Source of the DNA: Tubulanus polymorphus
Lineage: Eukaryota; Animalia; Nemertea
Length of the DNA stretch: 64,000 bases
Direction of reading: 5' to 3'
NCBI RefSeq assembly: GCF_964204645.1
Contig: NC_134027.1
Span: 806,001 to 870,000, forward strand
This document shows positions 1 to 13,228 of the stretch, in pieces; the first letter of the stretch is position 1, and each line of letters opens with the position of its first letter. The notes under the pieces were generated by a model, which ran no database searches, was not told where the DNA came from, and saw only the letters and a list, made by a program, of their open reading frames with translations. The position numbers were made by a program, and so were the translations under genes.

Positions 1-3000
1 TAATTGATACATTCTGTTCAGGGGTGATATTGAGTGCAGGAGTCTCCTCCTTCCTTCTTCAGTTGTCACGTAGAAACGTGACAAAAAAACTGAATTATCA
101 GTTTGGTACAACACTGATGGCCTCCTTCAATACTGCACGTTGCTGGTGCGTGTTAATTCTTACCTCCTTTCCTGAACTTCTTGAATTATTACATTAAACA
201 TTATTACAATAAGACTAATTACATTAAACATTATAACATCATAAATCATCCTCCTTAAATACTGCCGCTTGCTGCTGGCTCTGTTTTGGGGTGATATTGA
301 ATTCAGGAGTCTCCTCTTTCCTGCTTCAATTGCCATGTAGAAACGTGACAAACAAACTGAATTGTCAGTGTGTTCCAACACTGATGACCTCCTTTGATAC
401 TGCTGCTTGCTGCTGGCTTTGTTTTTGGAGTGATATTGAAATCAGGAGTCTCCTCCTTCCTTCTTCAACTGTCATGTCGAAACGTGACAAACAAACTGAA
501 TTGTCAGTGTGTTACAACACTGATGACCTGCTTTAATACTGCTGCTTGCTGCTGGCTTTGTTTTGGGGTGATATTGAAATCAGGAGTCTCCTCCTTCCTT
601 CTTCAACTGTCATGTCGAAACGTGACAAACAAACTGAATTGTCAGTGTGTTACAACACTGATGACCTCCTTTAATACTGCTGCTTGGTGCTGGGTGTTAA
701 TTGATACACTCTGTTCTGGAGTGATATTGAGTGCAGGAGTCTCCTCCTTCCTTCATCAATTGTCATGTCGAAACGTGACAAACAAACTGAATTGTCAGTG
801 TGTTACAACACTGATGACCTCCTTTAATACTGCTGCTTGCTGCTGGGTGTTAATTAATACACTCTGTTTTGGAGTGATATTGAGTGCAGGAGTCTCCTCC
901 TTCCTTCTTCAATTGTCATGTAGAAACGTGACAAACAAACTGAATTGTCAGTGTGTTACAACACTGATGACCTCCTTTAATACTGCTGCTTGCTGCTTGG
1001 TGTTAACTAATACACTCTGTTTTGGGGTGATATTGAGTGCAGGAGTCTCCTCCTTCCTTCTTCAATTGTCATGTAGAAACGTGACAAACAAACTGAATTG
1101 CCAGTGTGTTACAACACTGATGACCTCCTTTAATACTGCAGCTTGCTGCTGCGTGTTAATTGATACACTCTGTTTTGGGGTGATATTGAGTGCAGGAGTC
1201 TCCTCCTTCCTTCTTCAATTGTCATGTAGAAACGTGACAAACAAACTGAATTGCCAGTGTGTTACAACACTGATGACCTCCTTTAATACTGCAGCTTGCT
1301 GCTGCGTGTTAATTAATACACTCTGTTATGGGGTGATATTGAGTTTGGGCGAGTTATGCTTCCTGATCGTCCTCATTACAACTTAACATTTTAAATGTAT
1401 GAATATTCAAAACAGCTATCCATCGATAGCTTTGTGGTGGTTGAATCATTGAAATGTCGCTGGTGTTGGTTCAGTGTATATATTGTAATATATATCAGTT
1501 AATTGGGACTGATTATGTTTCCTGATCGTCCTTATTGCGACTTTACGTTTTAAATGTATAAATATTCAAAACAGCTGTCCATCGATAGCTTTGTGGTGGT
1601 TGAATCTTTGAAATGTCGCTGGTGTTGGTTCTGTGTATATATATATATTGTAATATGTATCGGTGAATTGGGATTGACTAGTTTCCTGATCGTCCTCATT
1701 ACAACTTAACATTTTAAATGTATAAATATTCAAAACAGCTATCCATCGATAGCTTTGTGGTGGTTGAATCATTGAAATGTCGCTGGTGTTGGTCCTGTGT
1801 ATATATTGTAATATATGTCGGTGAATTGGGATCGATTATGTTTCCTGATCGTCCTTTTTGCGACTTTACGTTTTAAATGTATAAATATTCAAAACAGCTA
1901 TCCATCGATAGCTTTGTGGTGGTTGAATCATTGAAATGTCGCTGGTGTTGGTTCTGTGTATATATTGTAATATATGTTGGTGAATTGGGATTGATTATAT
2001 TTCCTGATCGTCCTTTTTGCGACTTTACGTTTTAAATGTATAAATATTCAAAACAGCTATCCATCGATAGCTTTGTGGTGGTTGAATCATTGAAATGTCG
2101 CTGGTGTTGGTTCTGTGTATATATTGTAATATATGTCGATGAATTGGGATTGATTATGTTTCCCGATCGTCCTCATAACGACTTTACGTTTTAAATGTAT
2201 AAATATTCAAAACAGCTATCCATCTATAGCTTTGTGGTGGTTGAATCATTGAAATGTCGCTGGTGTTGGTTCTGCGTATATATTGTAATATATGTCGGTG
2301 AATTGGGATTGATTATGTTTCCTGATCGTCCTCATTACGACTTTACGTTTTAAATGTATAAATATTCAAAACAGCTATCCATCGATAGCTTTGTGGTGGT
2401 TGAATCATTGAAATGTCGCTGGTGTTGGTTCTGTGTATATATTGTAGCAGCAAATTATTATTATATTACGGATTTTAAAGGTGTTATACTCAAAGATGCT
2501 ATTGTTTGATAGCTTCACTTTGGTTCCTTGCACTTGGAGGTTATTAACGGTCATGTAGAAACGTGACAAACAAACTAAATTGTCAGTGTGGTACAACACT
2601 GATGACCTCCTTTAATACTGCTGCTTGCTGCTGCGTGTTAATTGATACATTCTGTTCAGGGGTGATATTGAGTGCAGGAGTCTCCTCCTTCCTTCTTCAA
2701 CTGTCATGTAGAAACGTGACAAACAAACTGAATTGTCAGTGTGTTACAACACTGATGACCTCCTTTGATACTGCTGCTTGCTGCTGCGTGTTAATTAATA
2801 CACTCTGTTATGGGGTGATATTGAGTTTGGGCGAGTTAGGCTTCCTGATCGTCCTCATTAAAACTTAACATTTTAAATTTATAAATATTCAAAACAGCTA
2901 TCCATCGATAGCTTTGTGGTGGTTGAATCATTGAAATGTCGCTGGTGTTGGTTCTGTGTATATATTGTAATATATGTCGGTGAATTGGGACTGATTATGT

Positions 3001-6000
3001 TTCCTGATCGTCCTTATTGCGACTTTACGTTTTAAATGTATAAATATTCAAAACAGCTATCCATCGATAGCTTTGTGGTGGTTGAATCATTGAAATGTCG
3101 CTGGTGTTGGTTCTGCGTATATATTGTAATATATGTCGGTGAATTGGGATTGATTATGTTTCCTGATCGTCCTCATTACGACTTTACGTTTTAAATGTAT
3201 AAATATTCAAACAGCTATCCATCGATAGCTTTGTGGTGGTTGAATCATTGAAATGTCGCTGGTGTTGGTTCTGTGTATATATTGTAATATATGTCGGTGA
3301 ATTGGGATTGATTATGTTTCCTGATCGTCCTCATTACGACTTTACGTTTTAAATGTATAAATATTCAAAACAGCTATCCATCGATAGCTTTGTGGTGGTT
3401 GAATCATTGAAATGTCGCTGGTGTTGGTTCTGCGTATATATTGTAATATATGTCGGTGAATTGGGATTGATTATGTTTCCTGATCGTCCTCATTACGACT
3501 TTACGTTTTAAATGTATAAATATTCAAAACAGCTATCCATCGATAGCTTTGTGGTGGTTGAATCATTGAAATGTCGCTGGTGTTGGTTCTGCGTATATAT
3601 TGTAATATATGTCGGTGAATTGGGATTGATTATGTTTCCTGATCGTCCTCATTACGACTTTACGTTTTAAATGTATAAATATTCAAAACAGCTATCCATC
3701 GATAGCTTTGTGGTGGTTGAATCATTGAAATGTCGCTGGTGTTGGTCCTGTGTATATATTGTAATATATGTCGGTGAATTGGGACTGATTATGTTTCCTG
3801 ATCGTCCTTATTACGACTCTACGTTTTAAATGTATAAATATTCAAAACAGCTATCCATCGATAGCTTTGTGGTGGCTGAATCATTGAAATGTCGCTGGTG
3901 TTGGTTCTGTGTATATATTGTAGCAGCAAATTATTATTATATTACGGATTTTAAAGGTGTTATACTCAAAGATGCTATTGTTTGATAGCTTCACTTTGGT
4001 TCCTTGCACTTGGAGGTTATTAACTGTCATGTAGAAACGTGACAAACAAACTAAATTGTCAGTGTGTTACAACACTGATGACCTCCTTTAATACTGCTGC
4101 TTGCTGCTGGGTGTTAATTAATACACTCTGTTTTGGGGTAATATTGAGTTCAGGAGTCTCCTCCTTCGTTCTTCAACTGTCATGTAGAAACGTGACAAAC
4201 AAACTGAATTGTCAGTTTGTTACAACACTGATGGCCTCCTTTAATACTGCTGCTTGGTGCTGGTTGTTAATTGATACATTCTGTTCAGGGGTGATATTGA
4301 GTGCAGGAGTCTCCTCCTTCCTTCTTCAGTTGTCACGTAGAAACGTGACAAAAAAACTGAATTATCAGTTTGGTACAACACTGATGGCCTCCTTCAATAC
4401 TGCACGTTGCTGGTGCGTGTTAATTCTTACCTCCTTTCCTGAACTTCTTGAATTATTACATTAAACATTATTACAATAAGACTAATTACATTAAACATTA
4501 TAACATCATAAATCATCCTCCTTAAATACTGCCGCTTGCTGCTGGCTCTGTTTTGGGGTGATATTGAATTCAGGAGTCTCCTCTTTCCTGCTTCAATTGC
4601 CATGTAGAAACGTGACAAACAAGCTGAATTGTCAGTGTGTTCCAACACTGATGACCTCCTTTGATACTGCTGCTTGCTGCTGGCTTTGTTTTTGGAGTGA
4701 TATTGAAATCAGGAGTCTCCTCCTTCCTTCTTCAACTGTCATGTCGAAACGTGACAAACAAACTGAATTGTCAGTGTGTTACAACACTGATGACCTGCTT
4801 TAATACTGCTGCTTGCTGCTGGCTTTGTTTTGGGGTGATATTGAAATCAGGAGTCTCCTCCTTCCTTCTTCAACTGTCATGTCGAAACGTGACAAACAAA
4901 CTGAATTGTCAGTGTGTTACAACACTGATGACCTCCTTTAATACTGCTGCTTGGTGCTGGGTGTTAATTAATACACTCTGTTCTGGAGTGATATTGAGTG
5001 CAGGAGTCTCCTCCTTCCTTCATCAATTGTCATGTCGAAACGTGACAAACAAACTGAATTGTCAGTGTGTTACAACACTGATGACCTCCTTTAATACTGC
5101 TGCTTGCTGCTGGGTGTTAATTAATACACTCTGTTTTGGAGTGATATTGAGTGCAGGAGTCTCCTCCTTCCTTCTTCAATTGTCATGTAGAAACGTGACA
5201 AACAAACTGAATTGTCAGTGTGTTACAACACTGATGACCTCCTTTAATACTGCTGCTTGCTGCTTGGTGTTAACTAATACACTCTGTTTTGGGGTGATAT
5301 TGAGTGCAGGAGTCTCCTCCTTCCTTCTTCAATTGTCATGTAGAAACGTGACAAACAAACTGAATTGCCAGTGTGTTACAACACTAATGACCTCCTTTAA
5401 TACTGCAGCTTGCTGCTGCGTGTTAATTGATACACTCTGTTTTGGGGTGATATTGAGTGCAGGAGTCTCCTCCTTCCTTCAATTGTCATGTAGAAACGTG
5501 ACAAACAAACTGAATTATCAGTGTGTTACAACACTGATGACCTCCTTTAATACTGCAGCTTGCTGCTGCGTGTTAATTAATACACTCTGTTATGGGGTGA
5601 TATTGAGTTTGGGCGAGTTATGCTTCCTGATCGTCCTCATTACAACTTAACATTTTAAATGTATAAATATTCAAAACAGCTATCCATCGATAGCTTTGTG
5701 GTGGTTGAATCATTGAAATGTCGCTGGTGTTGGTTCAGTGTATATATTGTAATATATGTCGGTGATTTGGGACTGATTATGTTTCCTGATCGTCCTTATT
5801 ACGACTTGACGTTTTAAATGTATAAATATTCAAAACAGCTGTCCATCGATAGCTTTGTGGTGGTTGAATCATTGAAATGTCGCTGGTGTTGGTTCAGTGT
5901 ATATATTGTAATATATATCAGTTGATTGGGACTGATTATGTTTCCTGATCGTCCTTATTGCGACTTTACGTTTTAAATGTATAAATATTCAAAACAGCTG

Positions 6001-9000
6001 TCCATCGATAGCTTTGTGGTGGTTGAATCTTTGAAATGTCGCTGGTGTTGGTCCTGTGTATATATTGTAATATATGTCGGTGAATTGGGATTGATTATGT
6101 TTCCTGATCATCCTTTTTACGACTTTACGTTTTAAATGTATAAACATTCAAAACAGCTATCCATCGATAGCTTTGTGGTGGTTGAATCATTGAAATGTCG
6201 CTGGTGTTGGTTCTGTGTATATATTGTAATATATGTTGGTGAATTGGGATTGATTATGTTTCCTGATCATCCTTTTTACGACTTTACGTTTTAAATGTAT
6301 AAACATTCAAAACAGCTATCCATCGATAGCTTTGTGGTGGTTGAATCATTGAAATGTCGCTGGTGTTGGTTCAGTGTATATATTGTAATATATATCAGTT
6401 GATTTGGACTGATTATGTTTCCTGATCGTCCTTATTACGACTTTACGTTTTAAATGTATAAATATTCAAAACAGCTGTCCATCGATAGCTTTGTGGTGGT
6501 TGAATCATTGAAATGTCGCTGGTGTTGGTCCTGTGTATATATTGTAATATATGTCGGTGAATTGGGATCGATTATGTTTCCTGATCGTCCTTTTTGCGAC
6601 TTTACGTTTTAAATGTATAAATATTCAAAACAGCTATCCATCGATAGCTTTGTGGTGGTTGAATCATTGAAATGTCGCTGGTGTTGGTTCTGTGTATATA
6701 TTGTAATATATGTTGGTGAATTGGGATTGATTATGTTTCCTGATCATCCTTTTTACGACTTTACGTTTTAAATGTATAAACATTCAAAACAGCTATCCAT
6801 CGATAGCTTTGTGGTGGTTGAATCATTGAAATGTCGCTGGTGTTGGTTCTGTGTATATATTGTAATATATGTCGGTGAATTGGGATTGATTATGTTTCCT
6901 GATCGTCCTCATAACGACTTTACGTTTTAAATGTATAAATATTCAAAACAGCTATCCATCGATAGCTTTGTGGTGGTTGAATCATTGAAATGTCGCTGGT
7001 GTTGGTTCTGTGTATATATTGTAATATATGTCGGTGAATTGGGATTGATTATGTTTCCTGATCCTCCTTATTACGACTTTACAATTTTAAATGTATAAAT
7101 ATTCAAAACAGCTATCCATCGATAGCTTTGTGGTGGTTGAATCATTGAAATGTCGCTGGTGTTGGTTCTGTGTATATATTGTAATATATGTCGGTGAATT
7201 GGGATTGATTATGTTTCCTGATCGTCCTCATAACGACTTTACGTTTTAAATGTATAAATATTCAAAACAGCTATCCATCGATAGCTTTGTGGTGGTTGAA
7301 TCATTGAAATGTCGCTGGTGTTGGTTCTGCGTATATATTGTAGCAGCAAATTATTATTATATTACGGATTTTAAAGGTGTTATACTCAAAGATGCTATTG
7401 TTTGATAGCTTCACTTTGGTTCCTTGCACTTGGAGGTTATTAACTGTCATGTAGAAACGTGACAAACAAACTAAATTGTCAGTGTGGTACAACACTGATG
7501 ACCTCCTTTAATACTGCTGCTTGCTGCTGGGTGTTAATTAATACACTCTGTTTTGGGGTAATATTGAGTTCAGGAGTCTCCTCCTTCCTTCTTCAACTGT
7601 CATGTAGAAACGTGACAAACAAACTGAATTGTCAGTGTGTTACAACACTGATGACCTCCTTTAATACTGCTGCTTGCTGCTGCGTGTTAATTGATACATT
7701 CTGTTCAGGGGTGATATTGAGTGCAGGAGTCTCCTCCTTCCTTCTTCAACTGTCATGTAGAAACGTGACAAACAAACTGAATTGTCAGTGTGTTACAACA
7801 CTGATGACCTCCTTTAATACTGCTGCTTGCTGCTGTGTGTTAATTGATACATTCCGTTCAGGGGTGATATTGAGTGCAGGAGTCTCCTCCTTCCTTCTTC
7901 AACTGTCATGTAGAAACGTGACAAACAAACTGAATTGTCAGTTTGTTACAACACTGATGGCCTCCTTTAATACTGCTGCTTGGTGCTGGTTATTAATTGA
8001 TACATTCTGTTCAGGGGTGATATTGAGTGCAGGAGTCTCCTCCTTCCTTCTTCAGTTGTCACTTAGAAACGTGACAAAAAAACTGAATTATCAGTTTGGT
8101 ACAACACTGATGGCCTCCTTCAATACTGCACGTTGCTGGTGCGTGTTAATTCTTACCTCCTTTCCTGAACTTCTTGAATTATTACATTAAACATTATTAC
8201 AATAAGACTAATTACATTAAACATTATAACATCATAAATCATCCTCCTTAAATACTGCCGCTTGCTGCTGGCTCTGTTTTGGGGTGATATTGAATTCAGG
8301 AGTCTCCTCTTTCCTGCTTCAATTGCCATGTAGAAACGTGACAAACAAACTGAATTGTCAGTGTGTTCCAACACTGATGACCTCCTTTGATACTGCTGCT
8401 TGCTGCTGGCTTTGTTTTTGGAGTGATATTGAAATCAGGAGTCTCTTCCTTCCTTCTTCAACTGTCATGTCGAAACGTGACAAACAAACTGAATTGTCAG
8501 TGTGTTACAACACTGATGACCTGCTTTAATACTGCTGCTTGCTGCTGGCTTTGTTTTGGGGTGATATTGAAATCAGGAGTCTCCTCCTTCCTTCTTCAAC
8601 TGTCATGTCGAAACGTGACAAACAAACTGAATTGTCAGTGTGTTACAACACTGATGACCTCCTTTAATACTGCTGCTTGGTGCTGGGTGTTAATTAATAC
8701 ACTCTGTTCTGGAGTGATATTGAGTGCAGGAGTCTCCTCCTTCCTTCATCAATTGTCATGTCGAAACGTGACAAACAAACTGAATTGTCAGTGTGTTACA
8801 ACACTGATGACCTCCTTTAATACTGCTGCTTGCTGCTTGGTGTTAACTAATACACTCTGTTTTGGGGTGATATTGAGTGCAGGAGTCTCCTCCTTCCTTC
8901 TTCAATTGTCATGTAGAAACGTGACAAACAAACTGAATTGCCAGTGTGTTACAACACTGATGACCTCCTTTAATACTGCAGCTTGCTGCTGCGTGTTAAT

Positions 9001-11248
9001 TGATACACTCTGTTTTGGGGTGATATTGAGTGCAGGAGTCTCCTCCTTCCTTCAATTGTCATGTAGAAACGTGACAAACAAACTGAATTATCAGTGTGTT
9101 ACAACACTGATGACCTCCTTTAATACTGCAGCTTGCTGCTGCGTGTTAATTAATACACTCTGTTATGGGGTGATATTGAGTTTGGGCGAGTTATGCTTCC
9201 TGATCGTCCTCATTACAACTTAACATTTTAAATGTATAAATATTCAAAACAGCTATCCATCGATAGCTTTGTGGTGGTTGAATCATTGAAATGTCGCTGG
9301 TGTTGGTTCAGTGTATATATTGTAATATATATCAGTTAATTGGGACTGATTATGTTTCCTGATCGTCCTTATTGCGACTTTACGTTTTAAATGTATAAAT
9401 ATTCAAAACAGCTGTCCATCGATAGCTTTGTGGTGGTTGAATCTTTGAAATGTCGCTGGTGTTGGTTCTGTGTATATATATATATTGTAATATGTATCGG
9501 TGAATTGGGATTGACTAGTTTCCTGATTGTCCTCATTACGACTTTACGTTTTAAATGTATAAATATTTAAAACAGCTATCCATCGATAGCTTTGTGGTGG
9601 TTGAATCATTGAAATGTCGCTGGTGTTGGTTCAGTGTATATATTGTAATATATATCAGTTAATTGGGACTGATTATGTTTCCTGATCGTCCTCATTACGA
9701 CTTTACGTTTTAAATGTATAAATATTCAAACAGCTATCCATCGATAGCTTTGTGGTGGTTGAATCATTGAAATGTTGCTGGTGTTGGTTCTGTGTATATA
9801 TTGTAATATATGTCGGTGAATTGGGATTGATTATGTTTCCAGATCGTCCTCATTACGACTTTACGTTTTAAATGTATAAATATTCAAAACAGCTATCCAT
9901 CGATAGCTTTGTGGTGGTTGAATCATTGAAATGTCGCTGGTGTTGGTCCTGTGTATATATTGTAATATATGTCGGTGAATTGGGATCGATTATGTTTCCT
10001 GATCGTCCTTTTTGCGACTTTACGTTTTAAATGTATAAATATTCAAAACAGCTATCCATCGATAGCTTTGTGGTGGTTGAATCATTGAAATGTCGCTGGT
10101 GTTGGTCCTGTGTATATATTGTAATATATGTCGGTGAATTGGGATCGATTATGTTTCCTGATCATCCTTTTTACGACTTTACGTTTTAAATGTATAAACA
10201 TTCAAAACAGCTATCCATCGATAGCTTTGTGGTGGTTGAATCATTGAAACGTTGCTGGTGTTGGTACATTGTATATATCGTAATATATGTCGGTGAATTG
10301 GGACTGATTATGTTTCCTGATCGTCCTTATTACGACTTTACGTTTTAAATGTATAAATATTCAAAACAGCTATCCATCGATAGCTTTGTGGTGGTTGAAT
10401 CATTGAAATGTCGCTGGTGTTGGTTCTGTGTATATATATATTGTAATATGTATCGGTGAATTGGGATTGACTAGTTTCCTGATTGTCCTCATTACGACTT
10501 TACGTTTTAAATGTATAAATATTTAAAACAGCTATCCATCGATAGCTTTGTGGTGGTTAAATCATTGAAATGTCGCTGGTGATTGTTCTGTGTATATATT
10601 GTAATATATATTAGTTAATTGGGACTGATTATGTTTCCTGATCGTCCTTATTGCGACTTTACGTTTTAAATGTATAAATATTCAAACAGCTATCCATCGA
10701 TAGCTTTGTGGTGGTTGAATCATTGAAATGTCGCTGGTGTTGGTTCTGTGTATATATTGTAATATATGTCGGTGAATTGGGATTGATTATGTTTCCTGAT
10801 CGTCCTCATTACGACTTTACGTTTTAAATGTATAAATATTCAAAACAGCTATCCATCGATAGCTTTGTGGTGGTTGAATCATTGAAATGTCGCTGGTGTT
10901 GGTTCTGTGTATATATTGTAATATATATCAGTTAATTGGGACTGATTATGTTTCCTGATCGTCCTTATTGCGACTTAACGTTTTAAATGTATAAATATTC
11001 AAAACAGCTATCCGTCGATAGCTTTGTGGTGGTTGAATCATTGAAATGTCGCTGGTGTTGGTTCTGTGTATATATTGTAATATATATCGGTGAATTGGGA
11101 TTGATTATGTTTCCTGATCGTCCTCATTACGACTTTACGTTTTAAATGTATAAATATTCAAAACAGCTATCCATCGATAGCTTTGTGGTGGTTGAATCAT
11201 TGAAATGTCGCTGGTGTTGGTTCTGTGTATATATTGTAATATATATCA
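1..11248. repeat. Higher-order tandem array (satellite) of alternating 153-bp A-monomer blocks and 159-bp B-monomer blocks with two ~100-bp spacer types
   Basis: A blocks (GTGATATTGAGTGCAGGAGTCTCC...CTGATGACCTCC...) at about 1-160, 260-1345, 2545-2830, 4020-4428, 4525-5610, 7440-8155, 8250-9185. B blocks (CCTGATCGTCC...AGCTATCCATCGATAGCT...GTGAATTGGG) at about 1360-2445, 2840-3920, 5625-7340, 9195-11248. The same spacers recur at 160/4427/8153 and 2445/3920/7340. The array extends beyond the window start. Confidence 0.97.
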
Positions 11249-11314
11249 ATAACGTATTATTTGTATCTATCCTTGTACAATCTCAAATAACGATGATGTA
11301 AAGAAAAACATTTT

Positions 11315-12850
11315 ATGATGGTAAAAATATCAAAATGTAAAATAATTGAATATCAATTTGTAAAAAACGAGAGGAAAGAGAAAGATGAAAGTACCAGAAA
11401 GAGAAGTGTTGGATTGGTGTCTGTTGTCAGCAGAAATCTGAGGTACTCTACTGAGGAATCTCCACACCACAACCCCCCCCCCCCAAACAGAAAGTTCAAG
11501 ATGATACTGAAAGTTCCTGAGGTTCTTAGAAATTTCACTAAGTAAAGACTATAAATCAGGTATAGTAATTGCTGTAAATTTCTTTGTAGATAATAATGTT
11601 CTCAACTAGGACGGAAAGTTATATTACCTGTATTTCATATTTCCCTGTTGTAGCGTGTATTGATTTGGTCGGCAAGTACAAAATACCAAACGATCGACAG
11701 GAAACATTCAGGATCGTTCCAGTTATTGTTGAGAAATATTTAAGGTGTCATAAGTCTGAATAGACTATAAATCAGGTATAATTGTACTTAATGTTGTACT
11801 TGATATGAACTTCTTTGCAGGAACAGTCGACTTAAAGAAGATGGTTACATTTATTTTATGTATTTTTGTTGTAGCCAGTGAACTGTTGTTGTTAGAGACG
11901 CTCAAAACCAGAGGAAAGGAAACATCAGAGTTCAGGAAGTGTTGAGCAAATTCCTCAAGGTCCGAGTCATGAATCTGAATTGACTATAAATCAGGTATAA
12001 TTGTAATTTATTTTTTATGTTTCTTTTTTAAGAAGAGTCTTAATTCATTATTCATATTTTGTGTTTTCACATTGTAGCACATGTATTGAGCTTGTGGTTG
12101 GCCGTAGAATATCAGACAACAGGAAAAGATCAGATCAGAGATGCCGACCAATTTCCCTGTCAAATAAGGACTTCATTCAGTGTTTGTATGCTGAAATTGG
12201 AGATATTCTTGGGGGATCTCCACATCAAACCGAAATTTCAAGAAGATACGAGCAGTTGCTGAGGTTCTGAGCAATTTCTCTTTTAAGTCATGAGTTTAGA
12301 TTGACTATGAATCAGGTAAAATTTAACTTGAATTTCTTCGCAGGAACAGTCGACTCAATGAAGATGATTACTACTTTTATTTTATGTATTTTTGTTGTAG
12401 CCAGTTGACTGTTTGTTGTTGTTGTAAGTGACGTGCAAAACCAGAGGAAAGGAAAACATCAGAGTTCACAAAGTGTTGAGCAAATTCCTCAAGGTCCGAG
12501 TCATGAATCTGAATTGACTATAAATCAGGTAAAATTGAAATTAGTCGAATTTTGTTTTTATGAAGAGTCTTATGAATGAAAATCATGGTTTATATTTAGT
12601 ACATTGTTGTTGTAGTTAGTATTGAGTTATTCGTCACACAATATCAGATATCAAGATGGAAACGATACCGATGATGCAGATCAATTTCCTCATGAAGAAA
12701 TGAGTCAGGAGTCTGAATCGACTAAAAATCAGGTATAATTGAAATTTATTTTTAAGAAGAGTCTCAAAAATGATATCATTATTCATATTTTGTGTTTTGT
12801 CATTGTAGTATTGAGTTTTTGGTTGGCTGTAGAATATCAGACGACATGAA
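11315..12850 (+). pseudogene. Degenerate array of ~210-bp exon/intron-like modules encoding acidic S/E/Q-rich repeats
   Basis: Six copies of GACTA(T/A)(A/G)AATCAG|GTA(T/A)A with GT at 11560, 11776, 11995, 12316, 12529 and 12733, each followed by T-rich sequence ending in an AG. In-frame exon translations include RRSKPEERKHQSSGSVEQIPQGPSHESELTINQ and YQDGNDTDDADQFPHEEMSQESESTKNQ. Other copies carry stops or frameshifts. Confidence 0.5.
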
Positions 12851-12860
12851 AAGATCAAAT

Positions 12861-13228
12861 CAGAGATGCCGACCAATTTCTCCATCAAATCGGGACTTTC
12901 AGTGATTGTTACCACGAGTTATAAATCCAGAGATGCCGACCAATTTCTCTGTCAAATCATGACTTTCAGTGTTTGTTACCGCGAGTTATAGTTCCAGAGA
13001 TGCCGAACAATTTCTACGTCAAATCAGGACTTTCAGTGATTGTTACCGCGAGTTATCGTAGTTCCAGAGATCCCGACCAATTTCTACGTCAAATCAGGAC
13101 TTTCAGTGATTGTTACCGCGAGTTAGCCTAGTTCCAGAGATGCCGAACAATTTCTTTGTCAAAGCGGGACTTTCAGTGTTTGTTACCGCGAGTTATCGTA
13201 GTTCAAGAGATGCCAACCAATTTCTCTG
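12861..13228 (+). repeat. 67-70 bp minisatellite, about 5.5 copies
   Basis: AGAGAT(G/C)CC(G/A)A(C/A)CAATTTC...GACTTTCAGTG recurs at about 12861, 12928, 12995, 13065, 13135 and 13205. Confidence 0.92.

Noticed and set aside
1-11248. CRISPR-like array
   Set aside because: Units are contiguous tandem monomers without unique spacers, the context is eukaryotic, and there are no cas genes.
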